Origin: Schizochytrium sp. TIO01
Lineage: Eukaryota; Protista; Bigyra: Labyrinthulomycetes
Direction: 5' to 3'
NCBI GenBank assembly: GCA_004764695.1
Contig: SMSO01000036.1
Span: forward strand, 1,488,001-1,552,000
Length of the DNA: 64,000 bases
Position 1 is the first letter of the stretch; every line of letters begins with the position of its first letter. This document shows, in pieces, positions 32,872 through 43,278 of this stretch. A model generated the notes under the pieces. That model saw only the letters and a list, made by a program, of their open reading frames with translations. It was not told where the DNA came from and searched no databases. Made by a program: the position numbers and the translations under genes.

Positions 32872-34437
32872 ATGGCCGTCAAGAAATCCAAGGATGCCCC
32901 GGCACCCGCCTCTAAGGATGACAAGGATGGTGACAAGGCACAGCAGAATGCCAAGTCGACCCCTGCGGCTCCTGCGAAGGAAGAGCCTTTCATCGCAATG
33001 GAAGCCTTGCATGAGAACCTCCAGCTTCTGGAGGCCTCTGTACAGAGCAAAGACCAAAACGGCATGAAGCGTGTTTTCCGTAAAAACACCCCTATCCGCA
33101 AGAACATTAATCTTGACGACTTTGGTATCGTAATGGACGTCTGGATCTCACCAAGCTCCTCACTTAGCAAGCAACTCCATGCCGAGATCAGTTCTGCCAG
33201 TCGAGGAGGAGCGGGACCTGTGGCTATGGACACTGATGATGAGGAAAAACTCGAGCTCCTCGCCAAGAAGCGTAAAGAATTTGTCGCCATGGAGCCCAAG
33301 GTGGACATTATCCCTGAAATCGAGGCCTACATTAGCCTCTTCATCATTAAGGCCCTTATGGACTGTGGTCGTGTTGACGAGGCACGCAGCAGCGTGAGCA
33401 CGTTGCTGGGTATGATCGCTAGTGAGAACCGACGCACACTTGATATCTTTCAGGCCAAGGCTTTCCAGCTTAAGGTTCGGTGTGCCGAACTGATGGGCGA
33501 TGCAGAGGCCCTGCGCCCAGAGCTTCTCAACGCACACCGCACGGCATGTCTGAGGCTTGATGAGCAGGGCCAAGCCACGCTCATTAACCTCATCCTTCGC
33601 AATTACACAGAAGCAAACCTTGTCGACCAGGCTGTCAAATTTGCCTTCAAGGCCCACTTCCCTGAGTCTGCCTCGAACAACCAGCAGGTGCGCCACTTGT
33701 ACTACATGGGCCGTCTCTCAGCGCTCCAACTCGACTATTCTGTGGCATTCCAGAAGCTCACACAGGCTATCCGCAAGGCGCCCACCAACACTGGCCTTGG
33801 CTTCCGGATTGCACTGCATAAACTTGCTTGTATTGTACAGCTTCTCATGGGTGAGACCCCGGAGCGTTCATGGTTTGCGCAACCTCAAATGGAAGCAGCG
33901 CTGCTTCCTTACTTTGAGCTGGTACGTGCTGTACGTAATGGTAGCCTGTCTGACTACGACCGAGTGAGAGAGCAGAATGCTGCCGTTTACGCTAAGGATA
34001 AGCTTGCCACACTTGTTGTGCGTCTCCGTAACTCGGTTATTCGCACTGGTCTGCGCCGCATTAACATGTCATACTCTCGCATTAGCTTTAAGGACATCGC
34101 CAAGCGCCTTGCTCTTGACTCCGCGGAGTCTGCTGAGCTTGCATGTGCTAAGGCAATCCGCGACGGTGTTATCGAAGCCACCTTGAACCATGAAAAGGGT
34201 TACATGAAGTCTTCCGATGTTATGGACATATACTCCACCATTGAACCTCAGCAAGCATTCCATCGCCGTATTCAGTTCTGCCTTGACATGCACAATGAAG
34301 CTGTAAAGTCCATGCGCTACCCTCCAGATGCCCACAAGGTGCAACATGAGCATACTGAGGAGGACGATGATGAAAAGAAGTCCGAAGAGGAGCTCGCAAA
34401 GGAGATCGAGGAGGAGCTCGAGGAGGACGACGAGTAA
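32872..34437 (+). CDS. RPN3: 26S proteasome lid subunit RPN3/PSMD3
   Basis: NRRTLD, RTACLRLDEQGQATLINLILRNY, FPESASNNQ, QLLMGETPER, PCI domain YSRISFKDIA...AKAIRDGVI, YSTIEPQQAFHRRIQFCL...AVKSMRYP. Confidence 0.96.
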   Translation: MAVKKSKDAPAPASKDDKDGDKAQQNAKSTPAAPAKEEPFIAMEALHENLQLLEASVQSKDQNGMKRVFRKNTPIRKNINLDDFGIVMDVWISPSSSLSKQLHAEISSASRGGAGPVAMDTDDEEKLELLAKKRKEFVAMEPKVDIIPEIEAYISLFIIKALMDCGRVDEARSSVSTLLGMIASENRRTLDIFQAKAFQLKVRCAELMGDAEALRPELLNAHRTACLRLDEQGQATLINLILRNYTEANLVDQAVKFAFKAHFPESASNNQQVRHLYYMGRLSALQLDYSVAFQKLTQAIRKAPTNTGLGFRIALHKLACIVQLLMGETPERSWFAQPQMEAALLPYFELVRAVRNGSLSDYDRVREQNAAVYAKDKLATLVVRLRNSVIRTGLRRINMSYSRISFKDIAKRLALDSAESAELACAKAIRDGVIEATLNHEKGYMKSSDVMDIYSTIEPQQAFHRRIQFCLDMHNEAVKSMRYPPDAHKVQHEHTEEDDDEKKSEEELAKEIEEELEEDDE

Positions 34438-35483
34438 TTCTGCTTGCCAACCTCCTTTCTCACGTATACACTGCTTTCTTTTATGCAACACTACCCAAGC
34501 ATCGCATCTTTGAGACCGCTTCAGGCTGGCCTGAACAATGCTTCTTTTACAACTTCAGCCATTAATTCCATCATTACCCTTCTTTACACAAACTTAAACC
34601 AAAACATTCTTTCGAAGTTACTTTAACTTTCTATTCATTTGGCCAACATCTTGATTTTCACTTACTCCACCTTTACACAACGATCAAATCTACATCTCGG
34701 CGTCTTGACTTCTTTTCGTTGATTTTGCAAAGATATAAAATGAAGGCTTTGCATAATTGTGTGACCCAAATCTCTAAATCTTCTTGCATTTGGAGACTTT
34801 GACCAAGCAGTGCACTTGGTTCATGATGGGAAAATGCAACTTGCGCAAGTTCATCTGTAAAAAAAATAAAAAGGATCATGCTACAGACGATTATTCTGAA
34901 ACCTCGTTAGACCACATTTATTTTAAAAAGAGTATCTCACTTGTACCCCAACATCACGTTCTTTCTTTTCAAATAGTTTATAAACCTACAGCAAGGAAAT
35001 TTCTCGGATCATCATTTTCGCTCTACTTCTTCAGAAAGAAATAGACTACTATGTATTTTCAAAAAGTACTTTCGACCGAGTTGGAAATATAATACGAACA
35101 CAAATCATTAGATTCTACGATCTCTCATATTCTTTTTTCAAATACTCATTTCTCCCAGAAAAACAAGGTAACGCCTTCAACGTTGGTTCCCTTAGCTGGC
35201 AGCTAAACTGCTCAAACAAATTTATATAGGCCTACAAATATATATAGAGAGAAAGAAGCACCTAGTAAATACAATGAACTTAGTCCCACAATAACTTGAC
35301 TTTTATGATGTCAAAAACGGACTCGGCTAAGGTGTGCACTAAGATCCATTACGATCCAAGTTGGCCTAAAAATTGCACCCTAGGTAAGAAGAAAAGGCGT
35401 CAAAAGTGGCACAAAGCAATCTTCATATTTGACACAAGGCTTAGCGCTCAGGAACTCCACGGTGCGCTACCAGCGTCTTTAAA

Positions 35484-37004
35484 ATGGTGAACGTAGTCTT
35501 ACCGAGCTTTGTCGTACTGTGGGCGTTGATCTGGGCGTTTCTGGAGCATAACAATACTGGCAGACTTCCCGGGGCAGGTGATCCCAGAGCGGCTAAACCC
35601 GGACTCGGCAAAAATGACAAGAGCCTCGAAGGCGCACCAAATACGGAGGTGCAACATCAAGTTGTTGAGCTTTTACGAAATCTCCGCAAAACAAGAGATC
35701 GCGTAGAGCCTCGGAACGAGGACGGGAAAATTGCCATTGGGTTCAATGTATGTCTGGACGCTGTGGTAGATGCCTTAGAGCTCTTGCAACGAACAGGTGT
35801 CAAGCCTGTCAAAGGTGCGGTGTCGCCAACAATCTCCAACCTTGAAGACCTCGGAGGCGTATTTACCCATCACTTTGAGCGTGCTGCTGGGGGCGAACGC
35901 TCTGTGGACGACCGTGAAACATTTGCCTTACTAGAAGAAGGTTTGGCAACTTGCAAGTCACGTCGCGTGCTCTTGGGTGGCAATGCCGCGATCATGGCCG
36001 AGGTTCTTGCGAAAGATTGGAAATTTGAGCATGTAAGCCTTGGAGGTCCTGTGGGCCCGCAAGTGGAGGCGCTTTTACCAGATCAAATTGCCACATTTGG
36101 TTTACAACCGGGTGAAGACGTGCGTGGTGTCGAAATCAAAGAAGACGAGGTTCACATTATTATGGAATTTGAAAAGGGTTCAACATGGGCAGGGTCTAAA
36201 GCACGTCGTGCTAATCGTTTTATTGTCTCGCGTGATCTTTCTAATGCCGTACTCGCTGCATTGGAACCGCTAGTAGCCCATGTTCGTGATGCTCCAGATG
36301 GACCATATGACTTGTTAATTGCTGCTGGATTCCATATGCTGGATGCTATGGATCCTGAATTTCGTCAGGAACGCGTGGGCGAAATTGTTGATAACTTCCG
36401 TTCTGTTCCAGACGAAACGCTTATTCACTTTGAGCTCGCTGCTGTGGGTGAAGAGTCTCTACTCGAACAGCTTGCGAAACGAATTATTCCAGAAGTTGAC
36501 TCGTTAGGTCTCAATGAACAAGAGATGAGTGCCCTTTACGCAACGTTAGGTATCGATGACATTGACCTCGCGGATGTAACAGGTCTCGTTCCCAAGGTAG
36601 AGTCGGTGACTGCAATTATGTCTCATGTGCTTTCTAATAACGACCGTCTTGGCCGAATTCATTTTCATAGTTTCGGATACCATATTATTGGACAAAAGAA
36701 GAGCAAGACTGATAGGTGGCCAAACGTTGAGTCTGCAGTTGCAGCTGGGTCTGTCAAAGCTTCAGAGCGTGCTTGCGCACAAACAGATCTTTCTGCAGAA
36801 GACATCACTCTTCAGTTGCAAGAACCATTTCGCTTTTATGGTTCCCCAGAAGTAGCGAGAATCTCTTCTGAATCGCCAGTGATCGTATATGAAACTGATG
36901 ATTTAGTGTTTGCACTTGCACCTGTGCTTACGTGTAATAAACCTGTGCAAACAGTAGGACTCGGTGACTCAATTTCAGCTTCTGCGCTGGCGTACCAAAT
37001 TTAA
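35484..37004 (+). CDS. ADPGK: ADP-dependent glucokinase (ADP-PFK/GK family) with N-terminal signal anchor
   Basis: IGFNVCLD, GGNAAIMA, HIIMEF, RANRFI, IHFELA, DSLGLNEQE, RIHFHS, TVGLGDSISA. Confidence 0.9.
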   Translation: MVNVVLPSFVVLWALIWAFLEHNNTGRLPGAGDPRAAKPGLGKNDKSLEGAPNTEVQHQVVELLRNLRKTRDRVEPRNEDGKIAIGFNVCLDAVVDALELLQRTGVKPVKGAVSPTISNLEDLGGVFTHHFERAAGGERSVDDRETFALLEEGLATCKSRRVLLGGNAAIMAEVLAKDWKFEHVSLGGPVGPQVEALLPDQIATFGLQPGEDVRGVEIKEDEVHIIMEFEKGSTWAGSKARRANRFIVSRDLSNAVLAALEPLVAHVRDAPDGPYDLLIAAGFHMLDAMDPEFRQERVGEIVDNFRSVPDETLIHFELAAVGEESLLEQLAKRIIPEVDSLGLNEQEMSALYATLGIDDIDLADVTGLVPKVESVTAIMSHVLSNNDRLGRIHFHSFGYHIIGQKKSKTDRWPNVESAVAAGSVKASERACAQTDLSAEDITLQLQEPFRFYGSPEVARISSESPVIVYETDDLVFALAPVLTCNKPVQTVGLGDSISASALAYQI

Positions 37005-37757
37005 GAGGCCTTTAATGCAAAAGTACAAAGGGACAAAACAGAAAATTTTCTGGCCATAGACAAAGCTTCTGGTACCAAATAAAACCTTTTTCCTGTTTAT
37101 GTTCGAATCAAGCTCAAGAGCGTTTAGCTAGCAAATTATGTGTGTTTTTAGGCCATGTTGGCTTGACGTTATATTCTTCGGAATCTCTTACACCATATTA
37201 AATTAAAACATGGAGAGTTTTTATTTTATTAAATAAAACTCGAATTTACTTGAAAACCTTGCTATTGGATGCAACATTTTCAACGTATGGAATTGAGGAT
37301 AACCTGGTTTATCGAACTAACATCAGGGATAGTGTTTACATACCTATTATTCTTATAATATTTTGGACTCCACAGCTTACCTTACTTTTAGTTATCCCAT
37401 AGTCCCATAGTCTTGCGTACTGTCGTTTGAAAAAAAAAATTAAAAAGGAAAAGAACAAACCACCAGAAGATCTAAACAGCATCGTCTCAGATCAGGTTGC
37501 CCTATAGTCAATCTAAACGGGATTAAACTATTGAGGCCAACTATATTCAAGAAAAAAATTAAGATAAACGAAATTAGACAAAAGGAAAAAAAAAAAGAAA
37601 CGGGAATATGATAAGTACTTTTGACTTATTGTCCCTTAAGAGACTGTGGAATAAGTGAGCTTCGCATCCTCGCAGGATAACTATGATGAGAAAAGCGAAA
37701 CGCCACAGGTGTAAAATATGTTGTAGATATCGTCGTTGTTTTGCACAGATGCTTGTT

Positions 37758-38702
37758 TTAGTGTTTGGCCTTGCCGCCCTTGGAAGTTTTCTGCCGTTTA
37801 CCCTTTCTTGAAAACGGATCGCGCTTACGCTCAGACTGCAGATCGCGGTAAACACGCTTGGTATAGCTTTGTACTGAAGAGTCGGCCAAAAGTTCGTCGA
37901 CAAAGGTAGGCTTGCGCTCGTTCTTTTTGAGACGGTGACTCTTGTACTCGCCAAGGCCCTCCTTGATCGTACCCATCTGGAATTTTTGCGGGATTGCAGA
38001 GCTGTCGTTCTTCTTGTAAAACCGCGATGCACTCATGTAATTACGCAGCTGAAGAGCACGAAGATCCATCTTCATTTGCGGTGTGAGCTCCGGCGTGGTC
38101 ATCTCATGCCAGTCCTTCTTCTCACCACGCTTACGAGCGTGAACGTCACGCTGCTGCAAGGCAGTGCCGCTGGGGGCGCAGAGAGCCTCTTCGTTAGTCA
38201 GGAGGCCGGTGGTTTGCTTCTCGATCTCACGAGATTTGGTTTTTGGTTGAAGACGCGTGGGGAAGAGCTTTTCGCCTCCGTTTTCCTTGGTTTCAAAGTC
38301 GTCTTCATCATCACTTTCCGAGTCCTCGTCGACGTTGTTGACGATCTTGCGCTGGTTCTGGAGGCTGTCGAGCGCCTTGCGCTGCAGCTGGACACCGGCA
38401 AAAATGTCCTCCTCAGCATCGCTATCATCGCTGGAGTCATCATCGCTGGATTCATCGTTATCATTGTCGGCTTCTTTGCGTTTGCGGCTTTGAGAGTCCT
38501 TTTCAAAGGCAGCTGCAAATGCCTTGGGCACAGCAGGCAACTGAGACCGGCCCATCACTTTCGATGCACGGTTAGCCTGGGCAGATGTAGCTGTAGCAGG
38601 GGCGGAACCCGTGTCCTCGGGGCTCGATAGAATGTTGTCAACCTCCTCCTCAACCGCAGGCACGGTTGGGCGCAACTTGCGTGCGCTTCGGGGCGGCGCC
38701 AT
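37758..38702 (-). CDS. FCF2: FCF2/DNTTIP2 pre-rRNA processing protein
   Basis: WHEMTTPELTPQMKMDLRALQLRNYM...RFYKK...PQKFQMGTI...RLKKNERKPTFVDELL. Confidence 0.9.
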   Translation of the reverse strand: MAPPRSARKLRPTVPAVEEEVDNILSSPEDTGSAPATATSAQANRASKVMGRSQLPAVPKAFAAAFEKDSQSRKRKEADNDNDESSDDDSSDDSDAEEDIFAGVQLQRKALDSLQNQRKIVNNVDEDSESDDEDDFETKENGGEKLFPTRLQPKTKSREIEKQTTGLLTNEEALCAPSGTALQQRDVHARKRGEKKDWHEMTTPELTPQMKMDLRALQLRNYMSASRFYKKNDSSAIPQKFQMGTIKEGLGEYKSHRLKKNERKPTFVDELLADSSVQSYTKRVYRDLQSERKRDPFSRKGKRQKTSKGGKAKH

Positions 38703-39110
38703 CGTGGTCTCCACCCAAAGCGATTTGCTCCACCATATACACTAATTACGAGCAATACAGAGAAGAGAAGTGGTGAACATTTGGAACCTACGGAACAATG
38801 AGATTTTATGGAAGGTTTAGAAATTTGAGAACATGTGGATCATAAGTAACATGTGGAGCTAATAGAACTTATGGAACACTTAGTATGGTGTGCACACTTA
38901 TGTTTTGGTTTTCCCATTCGTTTCTTTTACCATAAGCATAACCATTAAAAGCCTGAGGCAGGTAGATAGGTACCTCCCTCTCGTCTTTAAGGTATCTTAC
39001 ATTTGCATCTGTGCTGTCTATGAGCGACGATTATGAAAGGCCTGAGGAACTTTAAGGTCTAAGTTCACACGCACACAAATGAAAGAACTCAATAATTTAA
39101 TATGATAAAA

Positions 39111-39137
39111 GGTAGGTAGGTAGGTAGGTACCTACCT
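39111..39137. repeat. (TAGG)n tract abutting its reverse complement (AGGTAGGTACCTACCT)
   Basis: ggtaggtaggtaggtaggtacctacct. Confidence 0.7.
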
Positions 39138-39702
39138 CCTTTCCTTACTATAGAGAGTACCAACTTTGTAGTAGTAATAAACATATTGTTGGAAGTCTCG
39201 AAGTAGCGCATGTGCGAGGGAGAATAAATTCGGGGTTACCTACCTATCCTTTACTCCCTCTATATTCCGATTTAAAAAGGAGGTACCATACAAAATAGTT
39301 GATTATGGGTGTAGAAAACAACGTTTTACAAAGAAGGGTTTAGCCGGTGCACATGGTAATCTCTCCGACGGTCTTCTGTAGTAGTAGTAGTAGAGTAAGG
39401 TAATAGGCATAGGTTTGAAGGAGTCTGCTTTACGTGCGAGCACACATCAAATCCCACGAGGGCTGGAGACACCCTCGCGCAGAGAACACAGACCGATAGC
39501 GACCGCAATAGCCTTTGGGCCTGGATTGGGCTCTAGGCGGCACCAACACTGGAAAAGTGGTCTCAGTGGGTCTCCACGAAGATCCTGCAGGTGTTGATTG
39601 CCGAAGGGCATCGGCATTGACTTACGATCTCTTTTCACTCGACGGACTTGAAAGCGCACGTGCAGTACGCGCCAGTATTGGCGGAAAAGACGAGAAGCCA
39701 AG

Positions 39703-41675
39703 ATGAAGGGCCTATACGGCGTTGTGGAATATCAGGGAAGGAGAGAGTAAGTTGAAATGAAGTGAAATGGGATTGATTGTCTGTCACAATCAAATTCGTA
39801 ACATGATTTGATGATTGGACCACTGTGTACGATCAGCAGCCACGTGACTTGAAAATGTCGCCTCTACTATCTATTCCTGTCTTGACAAAGCAATTTGAAA
39901 AGGTTCTTAGCTTTGATCTTTTTAGTTGATAAAGAAACCTGCAATTGCTAGACACTTGTGTCACTGTGAATGTGATTTTGAGCGTGGAGTTGTAGCGAAG
40001 GGATTTTTGAAGCGTCGTACAGAAGGGTGAGAAAGGGTGCTTAGAACAATAGTGGACTTACGAAGGACATCTTGCAATGATGGACTGCATGACGCAATAT
40101 TATACTCAAAACAGTGGCATGGAAGATGCAAGTGCGACTTTACTCACTGATGACTTTGCCCTCTTCGGTGTTTATGATGGGCATGGTGGTGCAACATGCT
40201 CGGAATATCTTCGCGATAAATTGTTAGGTCGAATTAGCGGCAACTTGCAGAAAGGCGATAACCCTAACAAAGCTTTAGAGAAGGCATTCGAGGGAATCGA
40301 TGAGGATTATTGTGATTTCGCTATGAAAATGGATATTGATGATGGCTCAACCGCAACTGTTCTACTACTCAAGGACGGGGAGTATTTTCTTGCTGCTGTT
40401 GGTGACTCGCGAGCGGTGCTGGTTATGCAAGATGGAAGTGTGGAAGCGCTTAGCCATGACCATAAACCAGAACGCCGCGATGAACGTCTTCGGGTGACAG
40501 GTGCAGGTGGCCACGTTGAGTTTGATCATGAGAACGATACCTATAGAGTTTTCTCTGACGAAGTTGGAGGACTCGCAGTTACCCGCGCTCTTGGTGACGC
40601 TCACTTTAAGCCATATGTGACTGGAACACCTGAAATTTCGAGTGGTCGCATCTCTTCCAAGGTATCCTATGTGATCATGGCGAGTGATGGACTTTGGGAC
40701 GATGTAACAAATGACGAGGCCGGAGAAGTCATTTGCGAGATGCGCGATCGGAACATGGACGGCGACGAACCAGGCCGCCACCTTCAAGAGTCGGTCAAGG
40801 AACTTGTGTATATTGCTTACTCTCGCGGCTCGGAGGACAATATCACGGTTCTAGCCGCTGATTTGCAACGATATTTAAGTGTTCAAGAAGAGCAAGTTGC
40901 CGCTAAGGAGGAAGCAGAGCGCGCTGCCGCTGCTGCTGCAGACGATGGATATGAGGATCTCACGGATGCTGAGTCAGACCCCGATGCGCCACACTCAGAA
41001 AAGGCCAAACGCCACCACGTGAACCGGACAATTATGGGCCTGGATGAATCTGGTTATTTGAGTGATCTGTTGTTATGGAAGAACCCATTGCGAACGTTCC
41101 TATGGTTTTCAGTGGGCTGTCTAGTCTTTTTTCTTACGCATGGTGCCCAGTACTCGCTTCTTACGCTGGGGTCGTATCTGCTTATGATGCAAATAGTTAT
41201 TACAACATTTGTTGTGAAAGCTACCCCTGCTCTGAAAAAACTTCACCTTGTTAGCGATAGCTTTGATGCCACTGTGTTTGTTCTGCAGGGCTCTCTGTTC
41301 ACTGATGAGGTTGTGCAACGTGCAGCAGAGGTTACATTACGGACGACAACATCCCTTTTTACTCAGTGGACGACTGTTGTGCAAGATGGATCCCCTACTC
41401 GCATTCTTATGAGCCTTCGTTTTGTTTCGTACCTGTTTTCACCTCTTCCTCTCGATGTAGCCTTATTTGTTCTGTTTGTGGCTGCTTTCAGTCTTCCAGC
41501 TACATATCATTACAATCAGCCAAGCGTGGACAGGCACTATAACTCAATGCTTGCATCTTATCATAAGTCAATGCGTAGCATCTCGAAGTTCTTTGGATTT
41601 TCTAGCGGAAGTAGCAAGCGAAAGTCCAAGAAAAGGCGCTCACAGCGCCGAGACTCCGATTCAGAATCTCTCTAA
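39703..41675 (+). CDS. PP2C (PPM) phosphatase fused to a C-terminal reticulon domain; join(39703..39746,40115..41675)
   Basis: Splicing GTAAGT(39747)...CAG(40114) rebuilds QGRRDGMED. Also GVYDGHGG, GSTA, VGDSRAV, DHKP, GLAVTRALGD, ASDGLWD, GSEDNIT. Then SDLLLWKNP, two long hydrophobic hairpins and FSLPATY...Q..VD (reticulon). Confidence 0.88.
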
Positions 41676-43278
41676 TTATATGTGTCTACATACTTTTCCT
41701 AATGGGTTTATCTCTGATCCTGCGCTGTTTGGTCTTTAACCATTATGTTTTTCCTTTTACTCTTCTTTTCATTATATTTTGTCATCAGGTCAAAATGTTA
41801 CTCCATAGCGAAAGCTGGGTTTAATTGTCCCATATCAAAGAGTGAGAACCCGTTAATCTCTACTTCTCATTTAGCTACACTGGGTGTAAGATTTGAAATT
41901 TGTACAGCAAACTTACTTGATTCTAAATAATCCATATACTTCAAAACAAGTTTTTAATTAGAACTTGACCAATATGGGGAAAAGCAATACAAACCTTGTT
42001 CGAGTATTTTTGCTCGTCCTCGCACGCCCAAAACTCATGGCCTGCGCTGCCTTTGATAGACCTAGGACAAACTTACTGTGCCTCGTACACACGCTCAAGG
42101 GATAATGCGATGGCTGTATGACACCATCCATTTACTATGGTGCTATTGGTTGTTTTCCCCACTATTACCTATGTTAGAACTTACATTACCTGTATCTATA
42201 CAATATCACAACATAATAATAAATCGAAAATTATTTTTTAAAGAAAAAAATTAAACTCGGGAGCGCATGCTTGACATTAAAAATATGTTTACTTCAAGTT
42301 GGAATTCACAGCATAAAGGAGATTCCTAAGTTTTGAACTCTCAGCATCTGATTCTAGATAACCTTGTAAATCGCTATGGGCACCTCGTTTCAAGTGCCCC
42401 ATGGATCAGGGCCACACCCACTCGTAAGGAATGGACGAGACATCCCTTGCTGGTTTAGCACGTGTTCGTGAATCGAGTTCATTCAATTACCGCACCTCTT
42501 CTTGGCTCAGCCCAGGCCTTGCTATCTTGGACACATTGAACTTTATAAACCATGACCAATAGGTTGCCGCCTCTTACCTTTACTTGTGGAACTTGTGCAT
42601 AGTTAGTTTTATTTATGGATAGTACACCAGGTTCAGAAATAGATCTTTCAATACTGGACATGGAACAAGCAAGTAATGCATTGATCCCTATCCATCTGTC
42701 CAGACGATAAAATCTCAGACGGAAGTAATCACTAAAACTGTCAAGGCCGGGGTTCTCGAGACGCTGTGCATTACGAATCCCTAATCATGAATAGTACCTA
42801 CTCATTTCGGAACAATATCTAAAATTCTAGTAGATTTTAAATCTGCACACAACATTCAAGCCTTCTCGTGCAAGTGTACTCACTCAGGTGATAGGCTGCA
42901 CACGACTGAGCAGCGGCGCAGCCAGCTCTAGTTAGCGATAGTTGCACACCACGACTCCACAAAAACTAGATGGATTAGCAGCACCTCAGGTACATTTTTG
43001 TTTTATAATTAAAAATAACGAGTAAACATTTTTAAATATATGTTGCGTCCTTACTTTATTTTTACCAACCAAGCTTGAGGGTTAATGATTGTCTGTCATT
43101 ACTAGCGTAGAATCCTGCACAACAAACAAAGTTTGGAGGCCCAAATGTACATAGTTAGCTAACTCCGTCTGAGCAAAACTAAAACCTGAACGAGGCAACT
43201 CCCACGCACCATTGGATATCGTAGTTGAATTGTACCATCATAAACGTTCCCTATAGCGACGCAAGAAACTTGAAAACG

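Noticed and set aside
37935-38630. 231-aa hydrophobic plus-strand ORF
   Set aside because: Antisense mirror of the acidic and basic tracts of FCF2.
40077-40114. ORF-track start MMDCM of the PP2C gene
   Set aside because: Lies in the predicted intron; the upstream exon at 39703 supplies the conserved QGRR motif.
42376-42440. Two short hairpins (GGGCAC/GTGCCC and CTCGT/ACGAG)
   Set aside because: Stems of 5-6 bp are expected by chance; no tRNA, snoRNA or SECIS features.
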